A stretch of DNA of 64,000 nucleotides from positions 1 through 64,000 of the IMG/VR virus record IMGVR_UViG_3300045974_000429. One strand, 5' to 3'. A program made the position numbers and the translations under genes. This document shows positions 36,114 through 44,625 of the stretch, in pieces. The notes under the pieces are model-generated. The model worked only from the letters and a program-made list of their open reading frames with translations. It was not told where the DNA came from and searched no databases. The DNA comes from a virus. Every line of letters starts with the position of its first letter. The stretch's first letter is position 1.

Positions 36114-36283
36114 GCGTCGATCTGCTCGACCTGGAAGCGCCGAGCGGCGCGAACGAAGTCGCGCGCCAGGGCGCGGTGCTCCTCGGCCAGCTCCGCCGTC
36201 TCGGCGTGGCGAGCGGCGTCCACCTCGCAGCGGGCTTGGAGGCGGAGCCAGTTGAGCATCTGCTGCGGGGTCGAGAGTTTCAT
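36110..36283 (-). CDS. Small protein (57 aa), absent from the supplied ORF track
   Basis: GAGGAG RBS; MKLSTPQQMLNWLRLQARCEVDAARHAETAELAEEHRALARDFVRAARRFQVEQIDA. Confidence 0.65.
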   Translation of the reverse strand: MKLSTPQQMLNWLRLQARCEVDAARHAETAELAEEHRALARDFVRAARRFQVEQIDA

Positions 36284-36380
36284 CGGGTTCTCCTCTGCCC
36301 TCTCGGGCGGCCATCGTCAGGGGCAGCATCACCGCCCGACCGCGGCGCCCGGAGGCGCTGGCGGTTTCGGCCTGCGCGAG

Positions 36381-36623
36381 CTAGTCGAAGTGGAGGGCAT
36401 ATACGCGGCCGTCGATTTCCGCCCAGCGGTACGAGCCCCCGTCATCGATCTCCACCCCGCGCTCCGCGGCGGCGGCAAGGAGCTTGGTGATCATCATCGC
36501 TCCGGCCTTGGTCTCAGCGTCGTAGTACTTGCCGCGGCAGCCGCAGGCGCATCCCGGCTTCCCGCTGTAGGCGCGGACCGGACTCCTCGGCGCCGCGTTC
36601 GTCTGTTCCGTCGTCGTCGGCAT
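36381..36623 (-). CDS. Small hypothetical protein
   Basis: GAGGAG RBS below a promoter; YSGKPGCACGCRGKY. Confidence 0.75.
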   Translation of the reverse strand: MPTTTEQTNAAPRSPVRAYSGKPGCACGCRGKYYDAETKAGAMMITKLLAAAAERGVEIDDGGSYRWAEIDGRVYALHFD

Positions 36624-36668
36624 CTTCGTCTCCTCTGCGGGGGTGCCCCCCGCGCGGTTGATGAAAGA

Positions 36669-36697
36669 ACCTTACTCTTCCTTTTCTTTCTTGTCTA
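36669..36697 (-). promoter_or_regulatory. sigma70-type promoter
   Basis: TAGACA-agaaagaaaaggaagag(17)-TAAGGT. Confidence 0.7.
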
Positions 36698-36769
36698 GTC
36701 CTCTCTTCCTTTTCTTCTATTGCCTCGACGCCGCTGGTCTTTTTTTCCTTCCCGCGCTAGCCTCGCCGG

Positions 36770-37204
36770 ATGTCCTCCCCCACCTCTCGATCTCTGGACG
36801 AACTCCGCGGGCGAGGCTGGACCGCGCAGGTAGTCGAACGCTGGAACCAATACGCGCGGGTCCGGGTGGACCTGTTCGGCTGCATCGATCTGGTGGCGGC
36901 CGCGCCGCCGACCGCGCTGTGCGCCTGCCGACCGACCTGTCCGGGAGCGCGCTGCCGCAACGCCGGCGTCTGGGGGATTCAAGCCTGCGCGGGAGCCTCC
37001 CACGCCGCGCGGCGCACGAAGTCGTTGGCGGAGCCTCGGCTGCGGGCGTGGCTTGAGGCCGGAGGCCGGTTCGCGATCTGGTCCTGGGCACAGCGCCGCA
37101 CCGACGCCGTGCTGCGGGACGGTCGGCGGAGCCGCAGGAAGGTCTGGACGCTGCGGGAGGAGGAGCTGACCTTGGCGGACATCCTCGCAGAGGCCGCCGC
37201 CTAG
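36770..37204 (+). CDS. PD-(D/E)XK-type nuclease / resolvase-like protein
   Basis: LRGRGW...VERW...DLFGCIDLVA...GIQA pattern; only credible + strand gene. Confidence 0.65.
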   Translation: MSSPTSRSLDELRGRGWTAQVVERWNQYARVRVDLFGCIDLVAAAPPTALCACRPTCPGARCRNAGVWGIQACAGASHAARRTKSLAEPRLRAWLEAGGRFAIWSWAQRRTDAVLRDGRRSRRKVWTLREEELTLADILAEAAA

Positions 37205-37422
37205 CCTCGGGCGAGCCCCAGGCTCGCCAGGATGTCCGCCCCCTGGAGGCACTCGCCGGACCTACACCGCCGGTCGGCAGGCGTCTCCGCCCGCCCGGTC
37301 TTCCAGCCGCGCGATGTCTTGAGGGGGGCCAACTGGCGGTCCGCACACGCCGCGGGCGTGAGCCGGCACCGGAGGTGCCAGCACAGGAACGTCCGGTCTG
37401 CGAGGAATCCGGTGGCGTCCAC
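37201..37422 (-). CDS. Small Cys-rich protein
   Basis: FLC....C.L...AC..RQ...C....C..G; shares its CTAG stop with the convergent + gene. Confidence 0.5.
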   Translation of the reverse strand: MDATGFLADRTFLCWHLRCRLTPAACADRQLAPLKTSRGWKTGRAETPADRRCRSGECLQGADILASLGLARG

Positions 37423-37433
37423 CTAGTCCGAGG

Positions 37434-37847
37434 CTACCGGATCTCCAGCGTGCGGAGGCCGTTCGCGACCGTGCCCGCCACCGAGTAGCAGTAGAGCTGC
37501 GGGAGGGCGTCCGACCCGCGGTAGCCCAGGTCGAATGACGCCGTCGTGGAGGAGCCGGCGATGGGGAACCCGGTGCTCGTACTGGCGGCGATGGGCGAGA
37601 CGTAGATCGTGGCCGAGTCCTGGTTGCTGACGAACAACTGCGTCCGGCCCGGCAACGGGCTCGTGATGCAGGGAGTGGACGTGGCGCCGGCCGCCAGGGT
37701 CTTGGAGGTGACCTGGACCGCGGGCTGGGCGCCCACGATGGCGGCCTGAGCCGGAGGATCCTGGAGGATCAGCACGGCGGCGGCGAAGCCGACGAGCACC
37801 CCGAGTAGCGCCAGGAGGGCGCGAGACGCGGACGATGGTCTGGGCAT
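37434..37847 (-). CDS. Signal-peptide/anchor protein, paralogue B
   Basis: Hydrophobic N-terminus; PCITSPLPGRTQL...QLYC...LEIR. Confidence 0.75.
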   Translation of the reverse strand: MPRPSSASRALLALLGVLVGFAAAVLILQDPPAQAAIVGAQPAVQVTSKTLAAGATSTPCITSPLPGRTQLFVSNQDSATIYVSPIAASTSTGFPIAGSSTTASFDLGYRGSDALPQLYCYSVAGTVANGLRTLEIR

Positions 37848-37850
37848 GGC

Positions 37851-38258
37851 CTACCGGATCTCGATGAACCGGATGTCGCCGGTCGTGGTCGCGGACTGCC
37901 AGCACCAGAGCTGCCCGTAGGTCGTCGGGGGGCCGTAGAACCCGCCCGTGTAGGGAGTCACCCCCTGATACCAGTACGGCATGAACGGCGTGGTCGAGCC
38001 CGCGCCGAGGTACGCTCCGGTCGAGGAGGTCATGGTGGCAGCCGGTCCGAAATACAGCGTGCTCGTGGAGTTGTTCAGGATCTGGAGCTGGGTGCGGTTG
38101 AGCAGCGGGCTGGCGATGCAGGGCGAGGAGGACGCCGCCCCGAACGTGGCCACCGTGACCTGCATGGCGGGCAGGGATTGGGCCGAGGCCGGGTTGGAGA
38201 TCAGGAGGCCGGCGAGGAGCGCGGCGAGGCCGAGGAGCTTCTGGGCGGTGCGAGTCAT
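37851..38258 (-). CDS. Signal-peptide protein, paralogue A
   Basis: GGAGG RBS; MTRTAQKLLGLAALLAGLLISNPASA-Q; PCIASPLLNRTQL...QLWC...IEIR. Confidence 0.75.
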   Translation of the reverse strand: MTRTAQKLLGLAALLAGLLISNPASAQSLPAMQVTVATFGAASSSPCIASPLLNRTQLQILNNSTSTLYFGPAATMTSSTGAYLGAGSTTPFMPYWYQGVTPYTGGFYGPPTTYGQLWCWQSATTTGDIRFIEIR

Positions 38259-38382
38259 GTGTCCCTCCGAGGGATGAATGTTGTCGGGAGGCACCTTGCC
38301 ACCGACGAACGGAAAATGGAAGTCGGGCGGGGCGCCACCACGGCAACGGCGGTCAGGACGGTGCGCCATGGGCTGGGCTGGC

Positions 38383-40239
38383 TCAATTGCACACCCACGC
38401 GCCGTTCAGCCGCTTGGCGATGGCCCCCGTGCCTCCCGCTGCGCATGGGTTGGCGATCGTGCAGTCGGAGCAATAGGAGATCGTGCCGTTGGTTGTGACG
38501 CCCGTACCAAGACCCGAGAACGTTACCGGCGAGAGCGTGAGCTTGCCGTAGACGTCCACCGACATCGTAGACGTCGCGTTGTTCTGCACGAGGAGGCTGT
38601 AGCCGGCGGTTCTGGCGCCGCTGGACGCTAGGGTGACATCAGCACCCGCAGAGCCAGCAGCCAGCCCGCTCGTGATGGTCACCCGGCTGCTGTTGTAGGC
38701 GCCGGACAGGGTTCCCGCGTAGACGGTGCCGCCGCCGCCTCCCACGTTGATGGGGGCCGAGAACTGCTGCTGGAACGATGCGTTCATAAAAATATCCGCC
38801 CCAGAGTAGCCGCCATAGGTATTGATTTTCGACCCGGCCGGCACCACGACGCCGCCCGCGAACGTTCCCGTACCGGACTGGCTGATCGAGTAGACCGTGG
38901 TCGTGCTGTAGCCGCCAGCGACGAGGTTTGCCGACGAGATGTCGATTGTGTTGACGGAGTAGGAGCCGACCGCCTCCCACGGCATCGTCAGGACAGTGTA
39001 GATGCTAGAGCTGATGACCTGGACGGGGGTGCCCGCTCCTGTCCCGGCGGCGACGTTGAACACGCTCGACTCGATGACTACACTCGAGACGGCGGTGTCG
39101 ATTTGGAGGTCAGGATAGGTGGACGTGCCCGCCGTGCTACGCACCCCGCGAATGCTGACCTGACTGCCGCCGGCCACGAGGGGGCCCTTGCCGATGTAGA
39201 TCATCGGACGATTGGCGGGGTTCGGCTGGTCCCAGACCATCGAGTCGGAAATCTCACTCGTGATGCACGACAGGACCTTGATCGCGCCACCGCCCGGAGT
39301 CTCAAATGCCACGTCTCGAATGTGGTTCGCATAGCCGTAGCTCGCGTAGCCGTTGTTGGTCTGCTCCAGCCAGATCGCGTACGTGCCTGACGTCGTGCTC
39401 CCGCCATAGGAGTATGCGTGCTCGATCGTGATGTGCTCCGTCGAGGCGCTCGCCAGATTGAGCGCGGGCACCGTGTTGCCGGCCGCATAGGCAAACGAGA
39501 AGTCGTGAAGGTTGTTAACGAAGAACCCCATTGTGGTGCTGGAGGCGTTGATAACGGACTTGGCGGGGTTGGTCTGGACCATGACGACGTTTCGCCACTC
39601 AGACGCGGTGACGTTGCTGGCCGCCGTCAGGTTGAAAACGTGCCCGCCCGTGCCGAGCGCGGAGACCATCGTCAGCCCGTCCACGAGGACACCACTGATC
39701 GCCGCGTTCGATGACGCTGTGAACAGGTCCGACACGCTGTTCGTGATCAGCGATGGCCCAATGCCCCAGACGCAGCCGGGGTTGCTGCATCCGGTCCCCG
39801 CCTGTCCGCGCCCCGCGCCCCGGAGCCGGAGGCCCGACTTAATCACGATGGGGGCCGACGTCTTGTAGGTGCCGGCAGGGAAAAAGACCTCGCCGGTGGA
39901 TGCTGCCACGGCGGCGTTGATCGCGTTCGTGTCGTCCTCGGTGTGGGTGGTGCCGTCGTAGAGGCCGACAGCCCCGAAGTCTTTCACGGACACGGTGTCG
40001 GCGAATCGGTCCTGCAGTGTCCGCCCCGTCGTGCTCCCGGTGCTCGTGACGTGGGAGTCGTGGACGTGGTCGGCGCGCGAGAAATATAGGCTGGAGCCCT
40101 CCGAGGCGGAGGTGCCGAGTAGCCCGGTGCTCGTGGCGGTGAGCGCCTGCTTGGTGGACAGGCCGGTCGAGCCCGCCAGGATGCCTCCGGCGGCGAGGAG
40201 AATCAGGGCTGCGAGCGCGATGCGGGTGAAGGGGTTCAT
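38383..40239 (-). CDS. Beta-helix (pectate-lyase-like) depolymerase/tailspike-like protein with N-terminal signal peptide
   Basis: VSVKDFGAVG...DDTNAINAA...VFFPAGTY...LRGAG; starts MNPFTRIALAALILLAAGGILA; Cys-rich C-terminus. Confidence 0.8.
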   Translation of the reverse strand: MNPFTRIALAALILLAAGGILAGSTGLSTKQALTATSTGLLGTSASEGSSLYFSRADHVHDSHVTSTGSTTGRTLQDRFADTVSVKDFGAVGLYDGTTHTEDDTNAINAAVAASTGEVFFPAGTYKTSAPIVIKSGLRLRGAGRGQAGTGCSNPGCVWGIGPSLITNSVSDLFTASSNAAISGVLVDGLTMVSALGTGGHVFNLTAASNVTASEWRNVVMVQTNPAKSVINASSTTMGFFVNNLHDFSFAYAAGNTVPALNLASASTEHITIEHAYSYGGSTTSGTYAIWLEQTNNGYASYGYANHIRDVAFETPGGGAIKVLSCITSEISDSMVWDQPNPANRPMIYIGKGPLVAGGSQVSIRGVRSTAGTSTYPDLQIDTAVSSVVIESSVFNVAAGTGAGTPVQVISSSIYTVLTMPWEAVGSYSVNTIDISSANLVAGGYSTTTVYSISQSGTGTFAGGVVVPAGSKINTYGGYSGADIFMNASFQQQFSAPINVGGGGGTVYAGTLSGAYNSSRVTITSGLAAGSAGADVTLASSGARTAGYSLLVQNNATSTMSVDVYGKLTLSPVTFSGLGTGVTTNGTISYCSDCTIANPCAAGGTGAIAKRLNGAWVCN

Positions 40240-40685
40240 GCTGCCTCCAGGGAGTCGGGCGAGTTCCAGATGTCGATCTCCGCCTGCCGCCGCGCGAGCA
40301 GGCCGCGGTTCGGGATGCCCCCGATCTTGTTCCAGCGCAGAAGCTCCCGCGGCACCTCATCCCAGCGTCCGGCGTTCACGGCCTTAAGCAGCGTGCTCCC
40401 CGAGAACGCGCCGAGACCGACGTTGAAGGCAAAGACGAACAGCGCCGCCATCCTGTGCGCCCCGATGCCGATCTGCACGAGCCCGCGCACGCCGCGAGAG
40501 AACCGCGTGAGGTCGAGGATGAGCCGCGCATCGGCCTGGGCCTGCGTCCATATGAGCCCGGCGCGAACCTCCGGCCCGGTGTGCCCGTAACCGATGGTCC
40601 AGACGCCACCCTGGTCCTGGTAGGCGGCGAGGCGGCAGCCCTCCAGCTTCTTGAGGGCGAAGAACGCGATCTCGTCAGCGGTCAC
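40236..40685 (-). CDS. Endolysin, GH24 lysozyme
   Basis: EGCRLAAYQDQGGVWTIGYGHT, FNVG...STLLK, GLLARRQAE. Confidence 0.95.
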   Translation of the reverse strand: MTADEIAFFALKKLEGCRLAAYQDQGGVWTIGYGHTGPEVRAGLIWTQAQADARLILDLTRFSRGVRGLVQIGIGAHRMAALFVFAFNVGLGAFSGSTLLKAVNAGRWDEVPRELLRWNKIGGIPNRGLLARRQAEIDIWNSPDSLEAA

Positions 40686-41107
40686 AGGTCACCCGGTTCG
40701 ACGAGGAAGGGGCTGATCGGGACCACCTTGTCGATGCCGTAGGCGGTCCGGGACAGCGCGACCTCGTAGGAGTACCGACCCCACGCCACCCGAGTCGCCG
40801 GCAGGCTGGTCGCCGCGAACGTGAAGTCCATCCGGCCCGGCTCCGCCAGTGACGGCGCCGCACCGATCAGGGTCAGGATGGCGTAGCCAGCGGGGGTCGG
40901 CCGCTTCCTGACGGCGAGCTGGACCGTAGTCCCGACCGCGGAGAGATCCACGGGAGCGCCCGAGGCCGTCAGGATCTTGAGCTTCACGAGCAGGGTCGAA
41001 CCCTGCTGGTAGGAGATGGACACGCGCGGGTTCACGGGAGCGCCCGCGTAGCGCCGGATGAGGGGCGTTCCGTCCTCGACCACGCCGGTGAGTTCGATCA
41101 CGCGCAT
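40682..41107 (-). CDS. Baseplate/fibre-associated beta-sandwich protein
   Basis: QGST...PVDLS...GRYSYEV pattern; follows the fibre gene. Confidence 0.55.
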   Translation of the reverse strand: MRVIELTGVVEDGTPLIRRYAGAPVNPRVSISYQQGSTLLVKLKILTASGAPVDLSAVGTTVQLAVRKRPTPAGYAILTLIGAAPSLAEPGRMDFTFAATSLPATRVAWGRYSYEVALSRTAYGIDKVVPISPFLVEPGDL

Positions 41108-41110
41108 GTG

Positions 41111-42298
41111 CTAGTTCGCCCCGATGTCGATTGCGAAGGTGAGGTCGTAATATCCGCCGGCTCCACCCGTCATGGCGGTCAGCGAAACGCTGCACCACAT
41201 CACCGGCTGATTGTCCGGGAGGTTGAATTCCGGCGGGATGATGGTGCCACCGGACAGGTAGCTCCCCGCAATCGAGTGCATCGTCGAGGGAAGCACCGGC
41301 GTGGTGCCCGAGCCCAGGACCAACGCCCCGGTCGTGGGTGAAGCTCCTCCGGGACTGATCGTTCCCGTGAACACGGTCTTGTAGTTGGCGAACTGCCGTC
41401 CGCCCGCCGACACGTAGAACTCCATGCTCGGGGGATTGGTGCCCCCCGCCAGGAAGGCTCCCACGCGAACGCCTGGCGGAGCGCACAGATGCGTCAGCGT
41501 GGCTCCGAATATGGCGCTGGCGCTTGTGAGCGCGAAATTGAGCGACCCGGAGATGACGATTTGGTTGCCCGGGGCGGCGAGGTTTCTGAAGTCCCGGATG
41601 TTGCGGAATGCGACGCTGGTCGCCCCGGCGGCCACGTCGATCTCGGCGATCTTGGCGTAGCCGGAGGTCACGGAGGGCGCGACCGGAGAGGCGCTCGGCG
41701 CGCCGCTCTTGTACCCGATGCCGGTCGAGCTGGGCGTCGTCGGCCCGACGTAGCCCACCCGGCCGTCCAGGTAGTAGGCCAGTACCTTGTTGACGGTTCC
41801 GGCGGAGAATATCCCCGTGCTCGGGTTCAATGTGTCGCGGCTGGACGGCTGCTCCAGGCGTCGGTCAGCCTTGACCTCGATGATGTCGATTCGCCCGAAG
41901 GTGGCGTCCGCCGCCGGCACGGTGAGCGCCTGCGCGGCGGCCAGCACCAGCGGGTGAAGCGGCGAGAGGTCGTCGATGCCCGAGAGCCCGCCGATGGCGG
42001 ACGGCGTGTCGGCCGCGTCGTAGTAGAAGCCCGTCCCGGCCGTGAGCTGAACCCCCATCCCGGAAGTCGCGATTGAGGTGAAGGCGTCCCCCAGAAACGC
42101 CGCGTTGCCGCTCGGGTTCGTCCCGGAACCGAACAGCGGCTTGCCGGTCGAGTCGCCGGGAGAGGTCCGGGAGAGCAGCAGCGAGTTGACGAGGTGCATC
42201 AGGGAGCGATGGAAATTGCTCCCGATCTGGTTGATGTCGCTGGAGGCGGGGCGTTCCAGCGGGTTGATGACCATGCGATCAAATGGGCGGGTCGCCAT
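41111..42298 (-). CDS. Tail fibre-like protein
   Basis: VPAAD...RIDII...P....GY.KIAEI.V pattern; follows baseplate wedge genes. Confidence 0.65.
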   Translation of the reverse strand: MATRPFDRMVINPLERPASSDINQIGSNFHRSLMHLVNSLLLSRTSPGDSTGKPLFGSGTNPSGNAAFLGDAFTSIATSGMGVQLTAGTGFYYDAADTPSAIGGLSGIDDLSPLHPLVLAAAQALTVPAADATFGRIDIIEVKADRRLEQPSSRDTLNPSTGIFSAGTVNKVLAYYLDGRVGYVGPTTPSSTGIGYKSGAPSASPVAPSVTSGYAKIAEIDVAAGATSVAFRNIRDFRNLAAPGNQIVISGSLNFALTSASAIFGATLTHLCAPPGVRVGAFLAGGTNPPSMEFYVSAGGRQFANYKTVFTGTISPGGASPTTGALVLGSGTTPVLPSTMHSIAGSYLSGGTIIPPEFNLPDNQPVMWCSVSLTAMTGGAGGYYDLTFAIDIGAN

Positions 42299-42333
42299 CT
42301 CGTCTTCCTAGCACGCCCGGAGGGCGCGAGTCA

Positions 42334-43404
42334 TCACGGCCACGGGTGGACCACCCGCAGGGTCACGCCGCCAGCCAGCGCGTTTTTCAGCGCCGCCCAG
42401 AGCCCAGCGTAGAAGGCGTTTCGAGCCGGGTTCAAGCCGTCGTAGATCGGGTTGCCGTCTCCGCCGATGGCGTCCGTGGAGGCGGCCACCAGCGGGACGA
42501 CCACGATCACGGAGCCTCGCAGGTCGTCCTCGCAGAGCCACGCGCCCCAGAAGCCGGAGGCCGGAACGTTCGGGCCGCCCGGCACGCGCGGGTCGTCGTA
42601 GCAGCACACGGCGTTCAAGATCGGGTCCGCCATCGCCCCGGAAGTCGGCACGTCCCAGGCCGTCTGAAAGCTCGTGGACCACGGCTCCAACATCGCCGCG
42701 GAGTAGGCCGTGCCGTAGGCGGCCATGAAGGACACCGCGAGCAGCCGCCGGACGGCCGCGGGGCTGACCGAGTCCGGGAGCTGCGCGAGCCGCGCCCGGT
42801 AGGCGTTCAAGTCCTCGCTCGTCCCGCGCAGCTGGTCGAGGTCCGCCCCAAGCTGCCCGAGGTGGTCCGCGGCGCCGCCGGAGGCGTCCGCCACCTGGGA
42901 GACGGTGATCGTCGGGTCCGCGTAGTCCGGCGAGGTCACGAGCGAGAACACCTCGTCGATGTCCCCCGGAATGGTCGAGCCATCCGCGGCGGTTCGAGGC
43001 CCGCGGCAGTTGTTGAACTCGGCCGAGGGCGTGATGGCCGACACGGACACCGGCCCGGCGGATAGCGCCAGCGCCCCCACCGCGAGGTCCGACAGGAGGA
43101 CGAACTTCCTGCCGGTGGCCGAAGCAACCACGACCGTGCCAGCCTTGATCGTCAGGGCGCCGGCGAGCGCGGTGGGGCGGGAGAAGAGAACCTGCGCGGT
43201 CGCCAGGGAGGCCGTGCTGGCGGTGCGCGCGAAGGTCTGCGCCTCCAGGCCGCAGACGGCCTGAGAAACGCGGGCGCAGGCCGCCGCGTGCGCCTGGAGC
43301 AGCTCGTAGCCCGGCCCGGCGATCTGGAGCGGGAGCAGGTAGCCGTCCGGCAAGAACCGGGCGGCGACCGCGAGGAAGTCGTCTTGCGTGAACGGCGCGG
43401 TCAC
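42334..43404 (-). CDS. Baseplate wedge protein
   Basis: Follows baseplate J; IKAGTVV and L..LG...R...E...YRARL segments. Confidence 0.6.
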   Translation of the reverse strand: MTAPFTQDDFLAVAARFLPDGYLLPLQIAGPGYELLQAHAAACARVSQAVCGLEAQTFARTASTASLATAQVLFSRPTALAGALTIKAGTVVVASATGRKFVLLSDLAVGALALSAGPVSVSAITPSAEFNNCRGPRTAADGSTIPGDIDEVFSLVTSPDYADPTITVSQVADASGGAADHLGQLGADLDQLRGTSEDLNAYRARLAQLPDSVSPAAVRRLLAVSFMAAYGTAYSAAMLEPWSTSFQTAWDVPTSGAMADPILNAVCCYDDPRVPGGPNVPASGFWGAWLCEDDLRGSVIVVVPLVAASTDAIGGDGNPIYDGLNPARNAFYAGLWAALKNALAGGVTLRVVHPWP

Positions 43405-43407
43405 CGA

Positions 43408-44622
43408 CTAGCCTCCCGCGGCCGCGTAGTTGTCCGGGGACGTTCCCACGAGCACGGGCTGCGCGCTGCCCATCGCGGAGGCGGCGTACACGGCTCCGAA
43501 CCCGGAGCGGAGCACCTGGAGGGGCTTCACGGAGATGACGCCGAGCGGACTCTGGATCTCCGCGCCCGTGATCTGGAGCCCCGGCACGGTGCGGAGCACC
43601 GCCTGCAAGCTGGCCGGGTTGAGCGCGTCACCCGGCAGGAGCGAGTTGATGTAGTTCACGATGGCCGCCTTCGCGACCACCGCCGTGAAGTCCACGTCCA
43701 CGCCTGCGAGGAACGTCAGGTTCAGCGTCACCGGCTGCATGATGACCTGGGCCACCTGGACCTGGACGTAGATGCCGGCCGCCCGATATTCATCCAGGCC
43801 GGAATAAACGGACGCCGCGAGTTGCTGGCTCTGCGTCTGGTAGGCAAGCGGAACGACCGAATATGTGGCGTACTGGTCGGTATATTGGTCGGCGATCATC
43901 AGGAGGACCATCCGAGCCGGGCGCCCGAGCGCGTCCAGAACCTCGACCGCTTGGGCCGAGACGACGCCGGGGACGGAGAGCGCGCCGGCCTCCAGCGCGG
44001 AGAGGGTGCCGCGCCTGGAGGTGATGAAGAACCGCCGGCAGCGGTCGCGCAGGGAGGTGTCGCTCTCGTCGTCCGAGGCGCCGGCGGTGGCGAGGGTGTT
44101 GTTGACGGAGAGCCCGTCCGGCGCGCCGGCCACGGCGCCCACGAGCGCCGTGATCTGCCCGGCCTTCTCATTCTGGCCTCCGCCCGCCAGGGAAGAGCGC
44201 ACCGGAACGATCAGGGAGGATTGCACGGCGTTGAATACCGTATCGCCGATGGTCAGGAATTGGTTCCCGTCAAGCGCCTGGAGGGTCGTCCCGTCCGGGA
44301 TCGTGAACCCGACGACGGCCGGCGTGGGCAGCGAGAACGTCACGCTGCCGAGCGAGCTGCTGGCGCTCTTGCGGATGAGCCCGTAGCGATCCTGGGCGTA
44401 GCGGTCGAGCTGGTCGCCCGTGGCCGAGTCGAGAAACAGCCCGCCGGCGACGTAGGCGAGTTGCATAACGACCTCCTCCGACATGGCCGCCATCGCGGCC
44501 AGGAGCACGTTCACGTCCGAGCCGTCGCGGTTCACGGCGTCCTGGGAGATGAGCGCGTTTCGAGCTAGGATCTCGTCGCGCGCTATGCCCAGGAGGTCGT
44601 TCAGTTTTGGGAGGTCTGCCAC
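43408..44622 (-). CDS. Baseplate J-like protein
   Basis: DSATGDQLD, IPDGT, GASDDESDTSLRDR, GTLSAL...VPGV. Confidence 0.88.
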   Translation of the reverse strand: MADLPKLNDLLGIARDEILARNALISQDAVNRDGSDVNVLLAAMAAMSEEVVMQLAYVAGGLFLDSATGDQLDRYAQDRYGLIRKSASSSLGSVTFSLPTPAVVGFTIPDGTTLQALDGNQFLTIGDTVFNAVQSSLIVPVRSSLAGGGQNEKAGQITALVGAVAGAPDGLSVNNTLATAGASDDESDTSLRDRCRRFFITSRRGTLSALEAGALSVPGVVSAQAVEVLDALGRPARMVLLMIADQYTDQYATYSVVPLAYQTQSQQLAASVYSGLDEYRAAGIYVQVQVAQVIMQPVTLNLTFLAGVDVDFTAVVAKAAIVNYINSLLPGDALNPASLQAVLRTVPGLQITGAEIQSPLGVISVKPLQVLRSGFGAVYAASAMGSAQPVLVGTSPDNYAAAGG

Positions 44623-44625
44623 GGG

